A stretch of 64,000 nt of DNA, taken from the NCBI GenBank assembly GCA_030704615.1, contig CM060731.1:91450001-91514000 (forward strand), written 5' to 3'. The DNA is from Takakia lepidozioides. Its lineage: Eukaryota > Plantae > Bryophyta. The translations under genes and the position numbers were made by a program. The notes below the pieces were generated by a model. It had not been told where the DNA came from. It saw nothing but the letters and a program-made list of their open reading frames with translations, and searched no databases. The first letter of the stretch is position 1. The number at the start of each line of letters is the position of its first letter. Of this stretch, positions 27,171 to 38,448 are shown one piece after another.

Positions 27171-27511
27171 AAGCTTTGAACGATGGCTGCCCACATCGAA
27201 GGCATGAAGTGCTTCAAACCCTCCACCAACAGCAGGTGACGTCCGATATGACGCACATTTGGATGGGACCACTCTTCAACCTCCATTGGAGGCTCCATAG
27301 AGCCTAATTGGAGAGAGCAATCAGCAGCTGGTAGTGTGTGGAGTCAAGGCTTCGTCGATATATGTGGATGGGACCAGCCCTCAACTTCATTGGAGGCTCC
27401 ACAGAGACTAAGAGAGAGAGAAGACTCCGGCCGAGGCCGGCGTAACTAAGAGCCACTTCGCCTTGCGGCTACTGCCCCCTTTCGAGGGTGGGCCCTATAT
27501 AAATATGACAG

Positions 27512-28471
27512 GTGTCCAGGGGATGTACAGGCCAGGAAGAAGCGCTCGAGCGCGTCCACACCCAATACTACCACACAGGGCAGCCCATTGGGCCGGGGGT
27601 TGTTGAAGCAAGTGCATCCAACCAAGTCAAAGTCACCACAGACGAAACGCCCTCCCACCAGACCTGTTGCCCAGTACCCTCCATACACACATTACCCATA
27701 TGCTTACCCCCTCCTGAACACTATGGTGTTGCACATGCCTATGACTCTGAGTTCCCTCCTCCCCCCCCCATCTGCTTATGCTTTCCACCCACGCCCTCAT
27801 GGTTACCCTCCATGTGGGGCACCACCATATTCAGCCTACGCCCCATACTCTCGCCATCCCCTGCCTCCTCATTGCAATCAGAACCCACACCATCCAACCA
27901 TGATGAGGAGTTTGCAGCTCATAATTCGGAGGTGCCTATGTCAGCGAAGGACCGAGCTAATTTCCTGCGGCGGGAGAATCGATAGGCCAAATCTGCTGCC
28001 AACAAAGTGAAAGCAGAGCGAGTGCAGGCAGGTCTTCCCCCACAAGTAGTTGTTATCACCAGTGCGGGTCATCCAGTAGGACCTTCCCGCAATACATGGC
28101 ATGCAGCCATGAAGGGGCAGATGTTTCGCTTGTGTGACCTGTCATTGCATATACAAGACCAGGATGAGGCAAACGTCAAGGAATTGTATAGGATACTGAC
28201 CTCTACGTTTTTGTACACTCCACGTTCCTTGGACTATGAGCATCTGCGTCAAACACTTGGAAGGTGTTTGAAGACTCAACGGTCAGATCTGCATGTATTT
28301 TACAAGGCAGAGCAGGGAAGACCATTGCATGTGAACGAAGAGCAATGGACAAGGCTGGCGGAGTATTGGGCAACAGCCTCGTTTGCGGCCAAGAGAAAGG
28401 CAATGAGGGGGTGTAAGGGGAGCATGACAGTCAAGGATGATGATAGTGATGATGATTTCCAAGATGGGTAG
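27512..28471 (+). pseudogene. Pro-rich N-terminus plus En/Spm TnpA-like (Transposase_24-type) region
   Basis: RPLHVNEEQWTRLAEYWAT...KRKAMR resembles the P..V..E.W..L..YW motif; in-frame stop at 27983-27985. Confidence 0.5.
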
Positions 28472-28604
28472 AATTTTAAATAACTCTTTGTACATTTACA
28501 TTTTCTTCCTGAATATATAAAGGTATTTCTCCACGCTGTTGAGGTCCCTTCTCCCATGTGCTTCTAAACGACACCATCTCTGAAACCACGTCCTTCCCAA
28601 AACC

Positions 28605-29135
28605 GGAAATGCGGTGCCGCATTTCCAAGTCGGAACGGAAAAATGGAAATGTGGCAACTGCAAATACATCGTTTTGGAAATGCGGCACCGCATTTCCATA
28701 ACCGGGGCAGGAACAATTTTCCGTTTCCTGTTTTGGACATCAGAAATCGTTCGGCCGAACGGAAATGCGGTGCCGCATTCCATTTTCGACATGGAAATTT
28801 TTCCCATGCCGGACGTTATTCCCATGCTGGACATGGAAATACGGTGCCGCATTTCCATTCTAGAGATGGATGTTTGTCCAATTCCAGACCCTTCGACGGG
28901 AATGCGGCACCGCATTCCATTGTGCTGGACAGAAATGCGGTGCCGCATTCCATTGTCCAATACGAAATTTCGATGACGGATATGGAAATGCGGTGCCGCA
29001 TTTCCAATTCGAAGTATGAAATGCCATTACAAGAAAGGAAATGCGGTACCGCATTTCCGTTGCGACCAGAACAGCGGAGTGGGAGCTGTCGGACATCAAT
29101 GCATGGAAACAAAGGAAATGTTGTGCCGCATTTCC
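28605..29135. repeat. Cluster of nine type-A palindromes GGAAATGCGG(TG/CA)CCGCATTTCC with unique spacers
   Basis: Copies at 28605, 28676, 28761, 28835, 28899, 28932, 28984, 29037, 29114. Confidence 0.92.
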
Positions 29136-29412
29136 GAGCTTGGGCATGTACATGTTTCCGTTTATTCAAAGATGGATTTCTTCGACCTTAGGATTGTGAT
29201 ATCGCTGACTCTGATATATTCATGTGGATAGACACATTGTACAAATGAGACCACACATTCTAAACAGTGGGCCAATAACAACAGTTCATTGAATACAATG
29301 AAACACAGTACACAGAAGTGAGGGCACGATGGGTTGTTTTATTGATCGAACACGGTATCTCTCACTAAGCAAGTCCAAACAAATCTAAGCCCTTCCGCCT
29401 TCTACATGGGCG

Positions 29413-29947
29413 TCACCAAGTCGACGGAACTTCGATAGCCCTCAAAACAAGCTCATTTGTGACTCTGCACCTCCAGGTAAACTGCATTGCGGTCGTTCTG
29501 GTGCCCTTGCTGGAGCTGACGTCAATGCCATGCCCATCAATGATACCACCATCATACATTGAGAGGGTCATTGTGGGCCTCATGTGCCCGTGCGATTCGT
29601 CTTCACAACTCAACCGAATGTCTCCATACACTGGAAGAGCGGAGTGAACTCCACGAATATAGTTTTCCCCAATGCAGTCCTCCCTGGTCCACTGGCAGCA
29701 GTTCCAGCGCCAAAGCGAGGCCATGCGTGATCTGTCCGACATCCCATTCCAGCTTGGTATATCGAAGCCAACAATTTGCAGCACCCACAGACCACATTGA
29801 CCCTCGCCCTCACCTCACTCTGAACCTGCACGGATGAAGATTGGTCTGCTCCATGAATGTAGCCGTTTCAGTTTCCTTCCGTGCCATGCAAACTATGGGC
29901 CGTAAGTGCCAGGTGGGCCTATAGCCACTCGAGATGACTTCATCCAT
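29413..29947 (-). pseudogene. Unknown accessory gene X, copy 2
   Basis: WNCCQWTREDCIGE...PVYGDIRLSCEDE...LSMYDGG...FTWRCRVTNELVLRAIEVPSTW; N-terminus frameshifted. Confidence 0.75.
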
Positions 29948-30236
29948 CTCCCCTTCGATGTAAATGCGGCGCCGAATTTCCATCAGGGGGGATGGACTTC
30001 GATGGCAGATGGGCGACTATTCCCCGTGGATGAGAAAGAGTAAGCGGTTCATCCGCCGCTGGCGTAATGAACACGTTACACGATGATTGGTGGGTAGGTG
30101 GGACCCAGATCCTCCATTATTGGAGCCCGCAGTGCTCTTCCGCTTCTCATCATTTGGAAAATCAAATGGCTTCGTTGTTGTCTGCAAGGTCATTGTCATC
30201 GACAGCAAACACGTCCTGAGGGCCTCATTTGCAAGG

Positions 30237-30557
30237 ATGCCGTGTTTGCGGAACCAGGACGACTGCCCTTATGGAGGCTTCGATTATGCAATGTATTCGG
30301 CCACATCAGGAGACATCGTTATCTGGCACACAGTTTCCACATGAGATAATGGGGCGAATGTGGAAACATTGTCAGCTTTTAAGTATATCCCAGGCCACTA
30401 CGCCTTCGAGCGGGGTGACGATCTTGGTCTGAGGAGTCCGTGGCTCCTACACATCCTTGATTCCGATTTTTCCAACTACGGCGTGCACCCATGCAGAAGA
30501 ATGTGCACTGTTATGCTGTTGCGGTGGAACTGCTCCCAATGGACGTGGGTGGACTCC
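30237..30557 (+). pseudogene. Unknown accessory gene X, copy 3, 5' half (cut by an LTR retrotransposon)
   Basis: MPCLRNQDDCP...SGDIVIW aligns with copy 1 MACRDPSNCP...SGDIFIY; ends at WNCSQWTWVDS next to ACTCC. Confidence 0.75.
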
Positions 30558-31842
30558 TGTTAGAGGACTGTCTGGGACTTAGACACTTATACGGGATCTG
30601 TGGGGTACCCTTAATTTTTGCACAGACTGAGACCAACAGGAGCCTTAGGGGTGACAGCGGCGCACTTTAGGGGGGGGTGACACAGCCGTCACAGCCAACA
30701 CAGCCGACACAGCCAGACACAGTCAACACAGCCCGTCACAGCCAACACAGCCGACACAGCCAGACACAGTCAACACAGCTCGTCACAGCCGACACAGCCC
30801 ATCACAGCCAACACAGCCCGTCACAGCCCGTCACAGTTTCACACAGCCAGTCACAGCTTGACACAGCTGTCACGACCATAGGGAACGGATAGCCGGACAG
30901 GGAACGACTGTGGGGAACAACACCTGCGAATGGAACATGTTAGTTCACGGACGACGGTTAGTGAGGGAAACGGTTAGAACAACGGGTAGGAAGATAAAGC
31001 TAGAAGCAAGGACTGAAAGGGGGATCATTTTTTGGAGCACTTCGGGGGGGGGGGGGATCACTGCTGGAAGGAGTGGGAAGGAGCACTTCTTGGAGAGACT
31101 TCGGACATTACTGGGGGAAAGGAGGAGAGAGTGTATCTCTGAGCAGAAAGATGGAGAGCACGGAATAGGAGGAGGATCTGTTGATGCTTAATGAATACAG
31201 GCAGTAGAATTGTAATGTAGAGCAGATTAGAGACTCCATGGCTTCAGCCTGATACTTGATAGATATTAATCTGATACACACCTCATACTCACACTGTGTA
31301 GAGAGATCTGAGTGAAGCTGTGGAATGAATTGATGAGTTGATGGAATCCGATAAATTGATGAAGCAAACTGATACTTAATTACCAGCAGTAAGGTAACTA
31401 GCTAACATGAATGCGGGAAGGAAAACAAATAGGAAACACCCCCATTATACACTAGCTGTAGGTCATGACTGATTGTTCTGAGCGGGCTGAGTACTTAGAG
31501 ATTTCCAACTCTTCTATCTTGGAGTTTCCGCCTCGGATAGCGAAGGGATGGGTGAGTAAAAGTCGCGCGACATTTGGCGACCATATTGGGGATCTGGGTC
31601 ATGAACAACCAGATGTGACAGGCATCTGGTGGGATCATGGTGGATGGAGAATTAAAGAATTTGATGTGAATCAAATTCCTTGTGAAACTGAGAAGGAAAG
31701 ATTGTCCAAACGATTCTTCCAGAGGTTTTTGGAATTGCCAGACGGTTGTAAAGAATACATTCTTAAGAGAGTGCATGATGCTGACCCAGAGTGGGGTCTG
31801 GAGAAAGGAGTGATAAAGATTTATCAGGTGGCCTGTAGAGGA
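30558..31842 (+). mobile_element. Gypsy-family 5' LTR (30558-31572), PBS and truncated 5' ORF
   Basis: TG...CA ends; internal ACAGCC minisatellite; TGGCGACCA PBS at 31575; the following ORF matches 47734-48288 up to ~31842. Confidence 0.9.
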
Positions 31843-32332
31843 GTTATGCTGCCTGGCTTGCTTCGGTGTCCATTAGGAGGTGTTCCGAACCTAGTCGTGT
31901 ACAACAGATTTTAGACGAGGCAAGCCTCAAGAAAATGAAGATGAGGGAGGAGGCAGCAGCTATTAGAGCCCGTCGGGCTCGTAGATTTGTCTTGGATTCT
32001 GCTGAGGAAAGTGGGGGAGAAGACGCAGAAGATTCCCAGGAGGTGAGGTGGACAGTCCCCCAAGGAGAGGACGGGATTTTTGAGAGGCATAGTGGAACTG
32101 ATGCATCACAGAGCTCGGAGGATGAGGGGGATGAGGGGGATGAGGAAGAAGGTGGGGCAAGTTCCTCGGAGGGTGTAGGAGAGTAGTGCCCATTCCGGCT
32201 ATGACACTTAGAACACACTTGTATAGACGTGGCTTGCCACAAAATTTGCAATAAAATGTTGGATTTCAAGTCCACTGGTGCCACATTCCAACTTCACATG
32301 ACCCTATATCCGTGCCTCCTAACCCTAACCTA

Positions 32333-33700
32333 GCTTGATGCATAAAAACAGTACGATTTACTCTATCTCTACTGATTTGTATGCCAAGACAAAATTGAAT
32401 TGAACCCATATCAGTCATGGAAAACTCCTTGGACAGTTTTTCTTTGAACTGCACTAGTAATCCTTGACCATCATTGCTGACCAGCACAGCGTCATCCACA
32501 TACAAGGCCAAAATAACCAATCGACTTCCTTGTGTAAGGATGTAGACGTTTGTATCTGCAACATTCTTCTTAAATCCAGATGTTAGAAGAAAAGTATCGA
32601 TCCTTTCGTACCATGCTCTCGGAGACTGTTTGAGCCTGTAGAGCGTCTTATGTAACTTACAGACTTTGTCTCTGGTCTCTGGTTTGATAAAACCTTGAGG
32701 CTGTTCCATGTAAATGGTCTCTTGTAGGTAGCCATTGAGAAACGCTGTTTTGACATCCATTTGATGGACATCAAAATCATTCTCGGCTGCCAATGCCATT
32801 AATACTCTTATTGAAGTGATTTTTACAATAGGTGAAAAAGTGTCGTTGTAGTCAGCACCTTGTACCTGTGAGAAACCCTTAGCAACCAGCCGCGCTTTAT
32901 ACCTGTCAACACTCCCGTCGGACTTGAGCTTGATCTTAAAGATCCATTTGCACCCAACAACTTTACGTCCTAGGGGTAGGTCAGTAAGTGACCATGTTTG
33001 ATTCTGTATTAGCGAATTGAATTCAGAGTTTATTGTCTGCTCCCACTTAACCTTATCAGGGGCTGTCATTGCTTCTTCGTAGGTAGCAGGTTCTGTCAAT
33101 GGGATTTCTCCTCTCACGGCTTCAACAGCTGTCATCGACGTGATAAGCCTCTCAGGAACTTTTCTCTCCCTTCGTGACCTTCGCAGAAGTGGAATTACTT
33201 GTTCCTCACTAGCTTCATCCTCCTCTTCATCTTCAAGAGTATGATCTACTTCATCTTCAACCACAGGGAGATTTTCACATTCTTCTTCAGATTCTATTGA
33301 AGTCTCATTAGGTGTTTTGTCAGTAGATTGGAAACTTGTTTGTTGACTGGGTTCTTCTCCCACTCTTGGAAAAGCTGTACTTGTTTCATCAAAGACAACA
33401 TCCCCACTATGAAATACAGTCTTTGTTTTCTCCTTAAGCAGTTTATATCCCTTAACTCCTTCAGTGTAGCCTACGAAAATGCAGGCTTCACTTTTTGAAT
33501 CCAGTTTCTGTCTCTTTTCTTTTGGGATATGAGCATAGGCTCGACACCCAAACACCTTACAGTGCAATACACTTGGCTTCACACCTGTCCACACTTCTTC
33601 TGGAGTCATTCCCAAGACTGCTCTTGTAGGCGTTCTATTTTGAAGGTAGGCTGCAGTTCCCACTGCTTTCGCCCAATAAATAATTAGGCAGGTTAGCCTG
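32333..33700 (-). mobile_element. Ty1/Copia pol fragment (integrase C-terminus plus RT)
   Basis: TAAYLQNR, CIFVGY, YKARLVAKGFSQ, QMDVKTAFLNG, LYVDD. Confidence 0.95.
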
Positions 33701-34413
33701 TGTCGAGCGGCTTTTACTCACCCATCCCTTCACTATCCGAGTAAAAAAATCCAAGATAGAAGAGTTGGATATCTCTAAGCACTCAGCCCGCTCAGTACAA
33801 TCAGTCATGACCTGCAGCTAGTGAATCATGGTTGTGCTTCCCTTTTGTATTCCTTCTTGCCTTCATGTTATCAATTTACCTTATCTGATACTGAAGCATC
33901 AGTTTGCTACAGTATCTTCTTAGTTCCAGTTAATCATGCATTCATTTCACAGCTTCACTCATGTCTCTCTACACAGTGTGCTTGTATCGAATAAGTATCA
34001 GATTACGATTTATCAGGTACTAGGCCAATGTCAAGGTGACTCTAATCCGCCCTACAGTATCACTACAGCTCTGCATGAAATAAACATCTACTGTTCATCT
34101 TTTCTCCTTCTTTCGGCTCTCGTTCTTGCTCTCCGCCTGTTCTCCTCTCCTCCATGACCAAGAAGCACTCCCTCTGAAGTGTCCCCTCTTTCCGTTGCCG
34201 CTCCCCTTATCTGCCCGCAAGCTGTTCTAACCACCTAACTAATTAACCGTCATCCCTGAAGTAACACATTCCTTCTGCACATGTCGTTCCCTCACAGTCG
34301 TTCCCTGCCAATGATAACTATTCCCCATGTACTGTGATAGGCTGTGTCAAGCTGTGCCGAGCTGTGACTGGCTGTGTAAGGCTGTGTCGGGCTGTGACTG
34401 GCTGTGTCGGCTG
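33701..34413 (-). mobile_element. 3' part of a Gypsy 3' LTR inserted in the Copia integrase; its 5' part lies at 51659-51932
   Basis: Homologous to LTR 30558-31572; ends ...gctcgaCA at 33701; broken inside the ACAGCC minisatellite. Confidence 0.85.
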
Positions 34414-34618
34414 GGGGGCTGCTATTTCATGAGCGGCATGAGCATGAGCGGAAAAAAAAAAGCATGAGCAGACCATTGTGAGTCCACGGAAACCATTAAG
34501 ACTAATCATCCACAGGGTCTTGTAGTTGAGTAGTCTCAACCCCTAATGGTGCAGATGTACCCTTACCCTGGACTACCTCAACCTCCGCCACAGGTGCGGA
34601 TTTATTCTGCACCGCCGG

Positions 34619-35345
34619 TGTCGCGGCCCTTTGCCTTGAGGGCAAGGGGGGTTGGGACACAAGAGGGGCTGCCCCTGTGGTGGGGGCAGTAGCAGCGATA
34701 GGTACGGGGGCTGAAGCACCCTTGAGTGCCCAAGGCACTCAAGGAGGCGGAGGCGCTCACTAGGTGGAGCCCCGCACACCGGGTTGCGGTGGGGGTGGCT
34801 CCACAAGGGGTGGTGGTAGCTTAGCGGGACTTAGTGGGGGTGGCATAGGACTCACCATGGGGTGGAGACCTCGAGGTGGGAGTCGTGGGGAGTCTTGGGA
34901 CTCATCACGGTCCATTGGGGCCGCGGTGAGTGGGCCAAGACTCACCGCGACTCACCACCGGGAATCGAGGGTCTTCGTGGTGGTTCGCCATAAAATGGCA
35001 TGGCTGGTTGTGAAACCCCCGCGGACAGCTACAGAAGTATATATAGGGAGTAGTAACCCCGAGAACGGTGCAAGCCCGTTGGTGACCAAAAATTAGTGAG
35101 TAAGCGAGCGAGCCGGAAAGCGACCAAAGAGTGGGGAGCTGTTCCGGACTGCCAACTACCAAAGGGAATTCCCGCTGGTTCCGAAGCGGTGGAGGGTTCT
35201 TTGGGAGAACAAAGGGGGACCGTTATGCCCCGGTGAGCAGCCGAAGCTCCAAGTTGGCCCGGCGGCCAGGTTGGGAGTCAGGCGCGCGCATCAAAGCGAG
35301 TAACTATGACTTGAGGGGGAGCTTACCGAAGGGAGGTGCGCGACA
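34619..35345. mobile_element. Solo LTR
   Basis: TGTCGCG...CGCGACA ends; 5-bp TSD gccgg. Confidence 0.92.
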
Positions 35346-37721
35346 GCCGGAGTCTCCATAAGCAGAATTGGTATCTCCAGAACTATGGAAGGTTGAGCCC
35401 CCTTAGAGCTTTCATGTAGAGAGATCACTCTTCTCCATCTCCTTCCTGATTTGCTCATTAGTGGGAATTTCCAATCCCTCCCTTTCTGAAGTAAGGGGTT
35501 CAGGTGTAACAGCAGGACCCCTTTGAGTTACATGTGAGGTAACTTGGACAGTAGGCTGTGTTGGTTGGGGTAAGGAGGTAACCTCGTCCTCCTCTCCACT
35601 ATGTGCATTTCCTGCACCAGCAACCCTTGCTGTTGCTGCACCTCATCTTTCTGTAGGAGCTGTGGAGATATCATCCTGCACAGCTGGCTTCACTGCCAGT
35701 GGATTCATATGCTGCACCATCCCTACTGTGTCACCCTTCTTCTGCTTCTTCATTTTGGGCTGTCGCTCCAGTCCCCCTTCGCCTTGTGAGGATCCATGTG
35801 CCTCATTCATTGTAGATTCTTGCTCAAACACACCCATGTCTTTGCGCTCTTGCACCGTGAGTAAGCAAGAGTCATGAATTATCTGCGCAATTATAGGAGC
35901 TGCAACGATAATTGGGTGATTGCAGCCTACAGTGTCCATTTTTTGACGTAACTGCGCCGTCATTTTTTCTGTACATAGTTTGTTGGTTTTGATCTACAAT
36001 CTTATATTTCTGTGAAATTTGTTAAAAGAGACTCACGACATTGTACCTATCTACATATAGTATCTACCTTCTCAGACTTGCCGCCAAAAACCGTTATCTC
36101 TAGAAGTGATGGACTTTATGAAAAATCCATAAGCTTTTGTTACAGTCCATACAAACTTGTTCATTATTTGTTAGATTTTGTAACATAATTGGAATAAGAG
36201 ATGGCCCTCCCTTGCTATTATGATAAAGAATCTAGTGTGAGAGTTTTTTAACATTTTTACTCATTAAACTAAATTTTATGTACTTTATCAACCTACCAAT
36301 AACAGCCATTTTCATAAAGTCCTTTACAATATGAAAACCAAAACACCCCATGAACTGTCTTAATTAAATACAACCATTTATTATAGATGAAGGGTGGGCC
36401 AAGGTCAAATTTTCAAAAACATGTACTTTTGTGATTATGGTCAAGTTTGGATTACGTCACCGACGACACGTGACGGCATATATCCTCCATAACATCTTTA
36501 TTTTTCCCATTTGAAATGACAGTATCCCAACAATAGACGTTCCACATGATATAGTGTAAGTGAATCCATGTTTTGGTTTCTTTTCACGATTTTTGTTTTT
36601 TTAATCTTATGTACTGTTATGTAGGCCACATCTTCAACTTTTTGGTCCACTCTTCATTGCAACTACCCAATTGGAGCTTTGGCTGTCATTGTCTGAAGCC
36701 GTTTCATCTCTTCAACTAAGCCTTCATGCATCATGTTCGCCCATGTTACTCTTTAGTGCTTCATGTGCTCGTATCAAAGTTTCGAATGAACTGAATCATC
36801 AGTTCTTTGTGGTGCCAAGTCCAATCTTTCCGCATCAGAGTCTCCAAACGTAAATCCTTCAAAAGCTGCATTGTCTCTGGAGTGGTAATGCTCTGCTTTT
36901 GAAGTACATGTGTGCTCTTCACCCGCAGGTCCTCCACATCTCTGATTCGCTTCATACCGGGCAAACAAGAATGTCTTATTTGGAGTAGTTGCAAGAAGCT
37001 CTGCAACGCGTACAGCATGAAAGTATGGTTTGCGCAAAATGGAACAGGCAAATGTGTGTAAGTATGTGGGGCTTGCAAACAGTGGGTGAGAGAAAAGGTA
37101 CGCTCGTCCTGTCCTTCATTGTGCCACTGCGTAAGGAGTAGAGTTAACGTGTAGTTTGTAATGCCCGCAAGCTGCAGGGCTATAGTCTTGATTGCTCCTC
37201 CCGTCAATGCAATGGTTATCCGGGATAATACCAATTCTGCCGTATATAATTTTTTGAACTTCTTGTTCTTGTTTCTTTAATGGAATTCCGCAACAGAATT
37301 CTCGTTGCTGATTGGCCGTGGGGTCATTAGGTAATTTTTCAATATTACCCTGTTCTTTTCACATTCCATTTTTGAATGACCAACATGAGTACATATTTGG
37401 CAAAGATTACCCTTTGCTGGTCACGTAAGGTTTTTCTTCTCCTGTTCCCTCGATGCATTTATTGGTTCGTGATAGATTTGGGTTGAAGTATCGGGCGGGT
37501 ACTTCGGCGGCCCAGTTTGTCTTTTAGTGTGATGGCGCTCGTTATTGTAGTACATGCAATGCGGAGAGCCGTGCGCCTTTGGCCACGTGCCTGAGTTCAA
37601 ACACTCTCCCGTTTCTTTCTGTCCCCGTGGCAAATTCTCCGAGTTTGACTCCCAAACTGTTTTTTTACTTCTTGGCCACTTTGCCGTTGTTAACTCGTAT
37701 CCACTTGTCACTGCTCTTATG

Positions 37722-38447
37722 TGTCGCGGCCCTTTGCCTTGAGGGCAGGGGGTCGGGACACATGAGGGGCTGCCCCTGTGGTGGGGGCAGCAGCAGCGAT
37801 AGGTATGGGGGGCTGAAGCACCCTTGAGTGCCCAAGGCACTCAGGGAAGCGGAGGCGCTCACTAGGTGGAGCCCCGCACACCGGGTTGCGGTGGGGGTGG
37901 CTCCACAAGGGGTGGTGGTAGCTTAGCGGGACTTAGTGGGGGTGGCATAGGACTCACCATGGGGGCGGAGACCTCATGGTGGGAGTCGTGGGGAGTCTTG
38001 GGACTCATCACGGTCCATAGGGGCCGTGGTGAGTGGGCCAAGACTCACCGCGACTCATCACCGGGAGTCGAGGGTTTTTGTGGTGGTTCGCCATAAAATG
38101 GCATGGCTGGTTATGAAACCCCCGCGGACAGCTACAGAAGTATATATAGGGAGTAGTAACCCCGAGAACGGTGCAAGCCCGTTGGTGACCAAAAACTAGT
38201 GAGTAAGCGAGCGAGCCGGAAAGCGACCAAAGAGTGGGGAGCTGTTCCGGACTGCCATCTACCAAAGGGAATTCTCCTAGTCCCAAATAGGTGGAGGGTT
38301 TAGAGGGAAGCGAAGGGGGACCGTTATGTCCCGGTGAGCAGCCGAAGCTCCAAGTTGGCCCGGGCGGCCAGGTTGGGAGTCAAGCGCGCGCATCAAAGCG
38401 AGTAACTATGACTTGAAGGGGAGCTTACCGAAGTGAGGTGCGCGACA
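37722..38447. mobile_element. Solo LTR, same family as 34619-35345
   Basis: TGTCGCG...CGCGACA ends; flanked by cttatg on both sides. Confidence 0.92.
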
Positions 38448-38448
38448 C

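Noticed and set aside
28605-29135. CRISPR-like repeat-spacer array
   Set aside because: Spacer lengths are very irregular, repeat orientation alternates, there are no cas genes or leader, and the context is eukaryotic.
32317-32332. Telomere-like cctaaccctaacc at the Copia truncation point
   Set aside because: Only two units; expected by chance.
35362-37239. 13-bp inverted repeat gcagaattggtat as a TIR pair
   Set aside because: No TSD and no other support.
34619-38447. Complete LTR element formed by the two ~727-bp direct repeats
   Set aside because: Each repeat has its own TSD, so they are independent solo LTRs.
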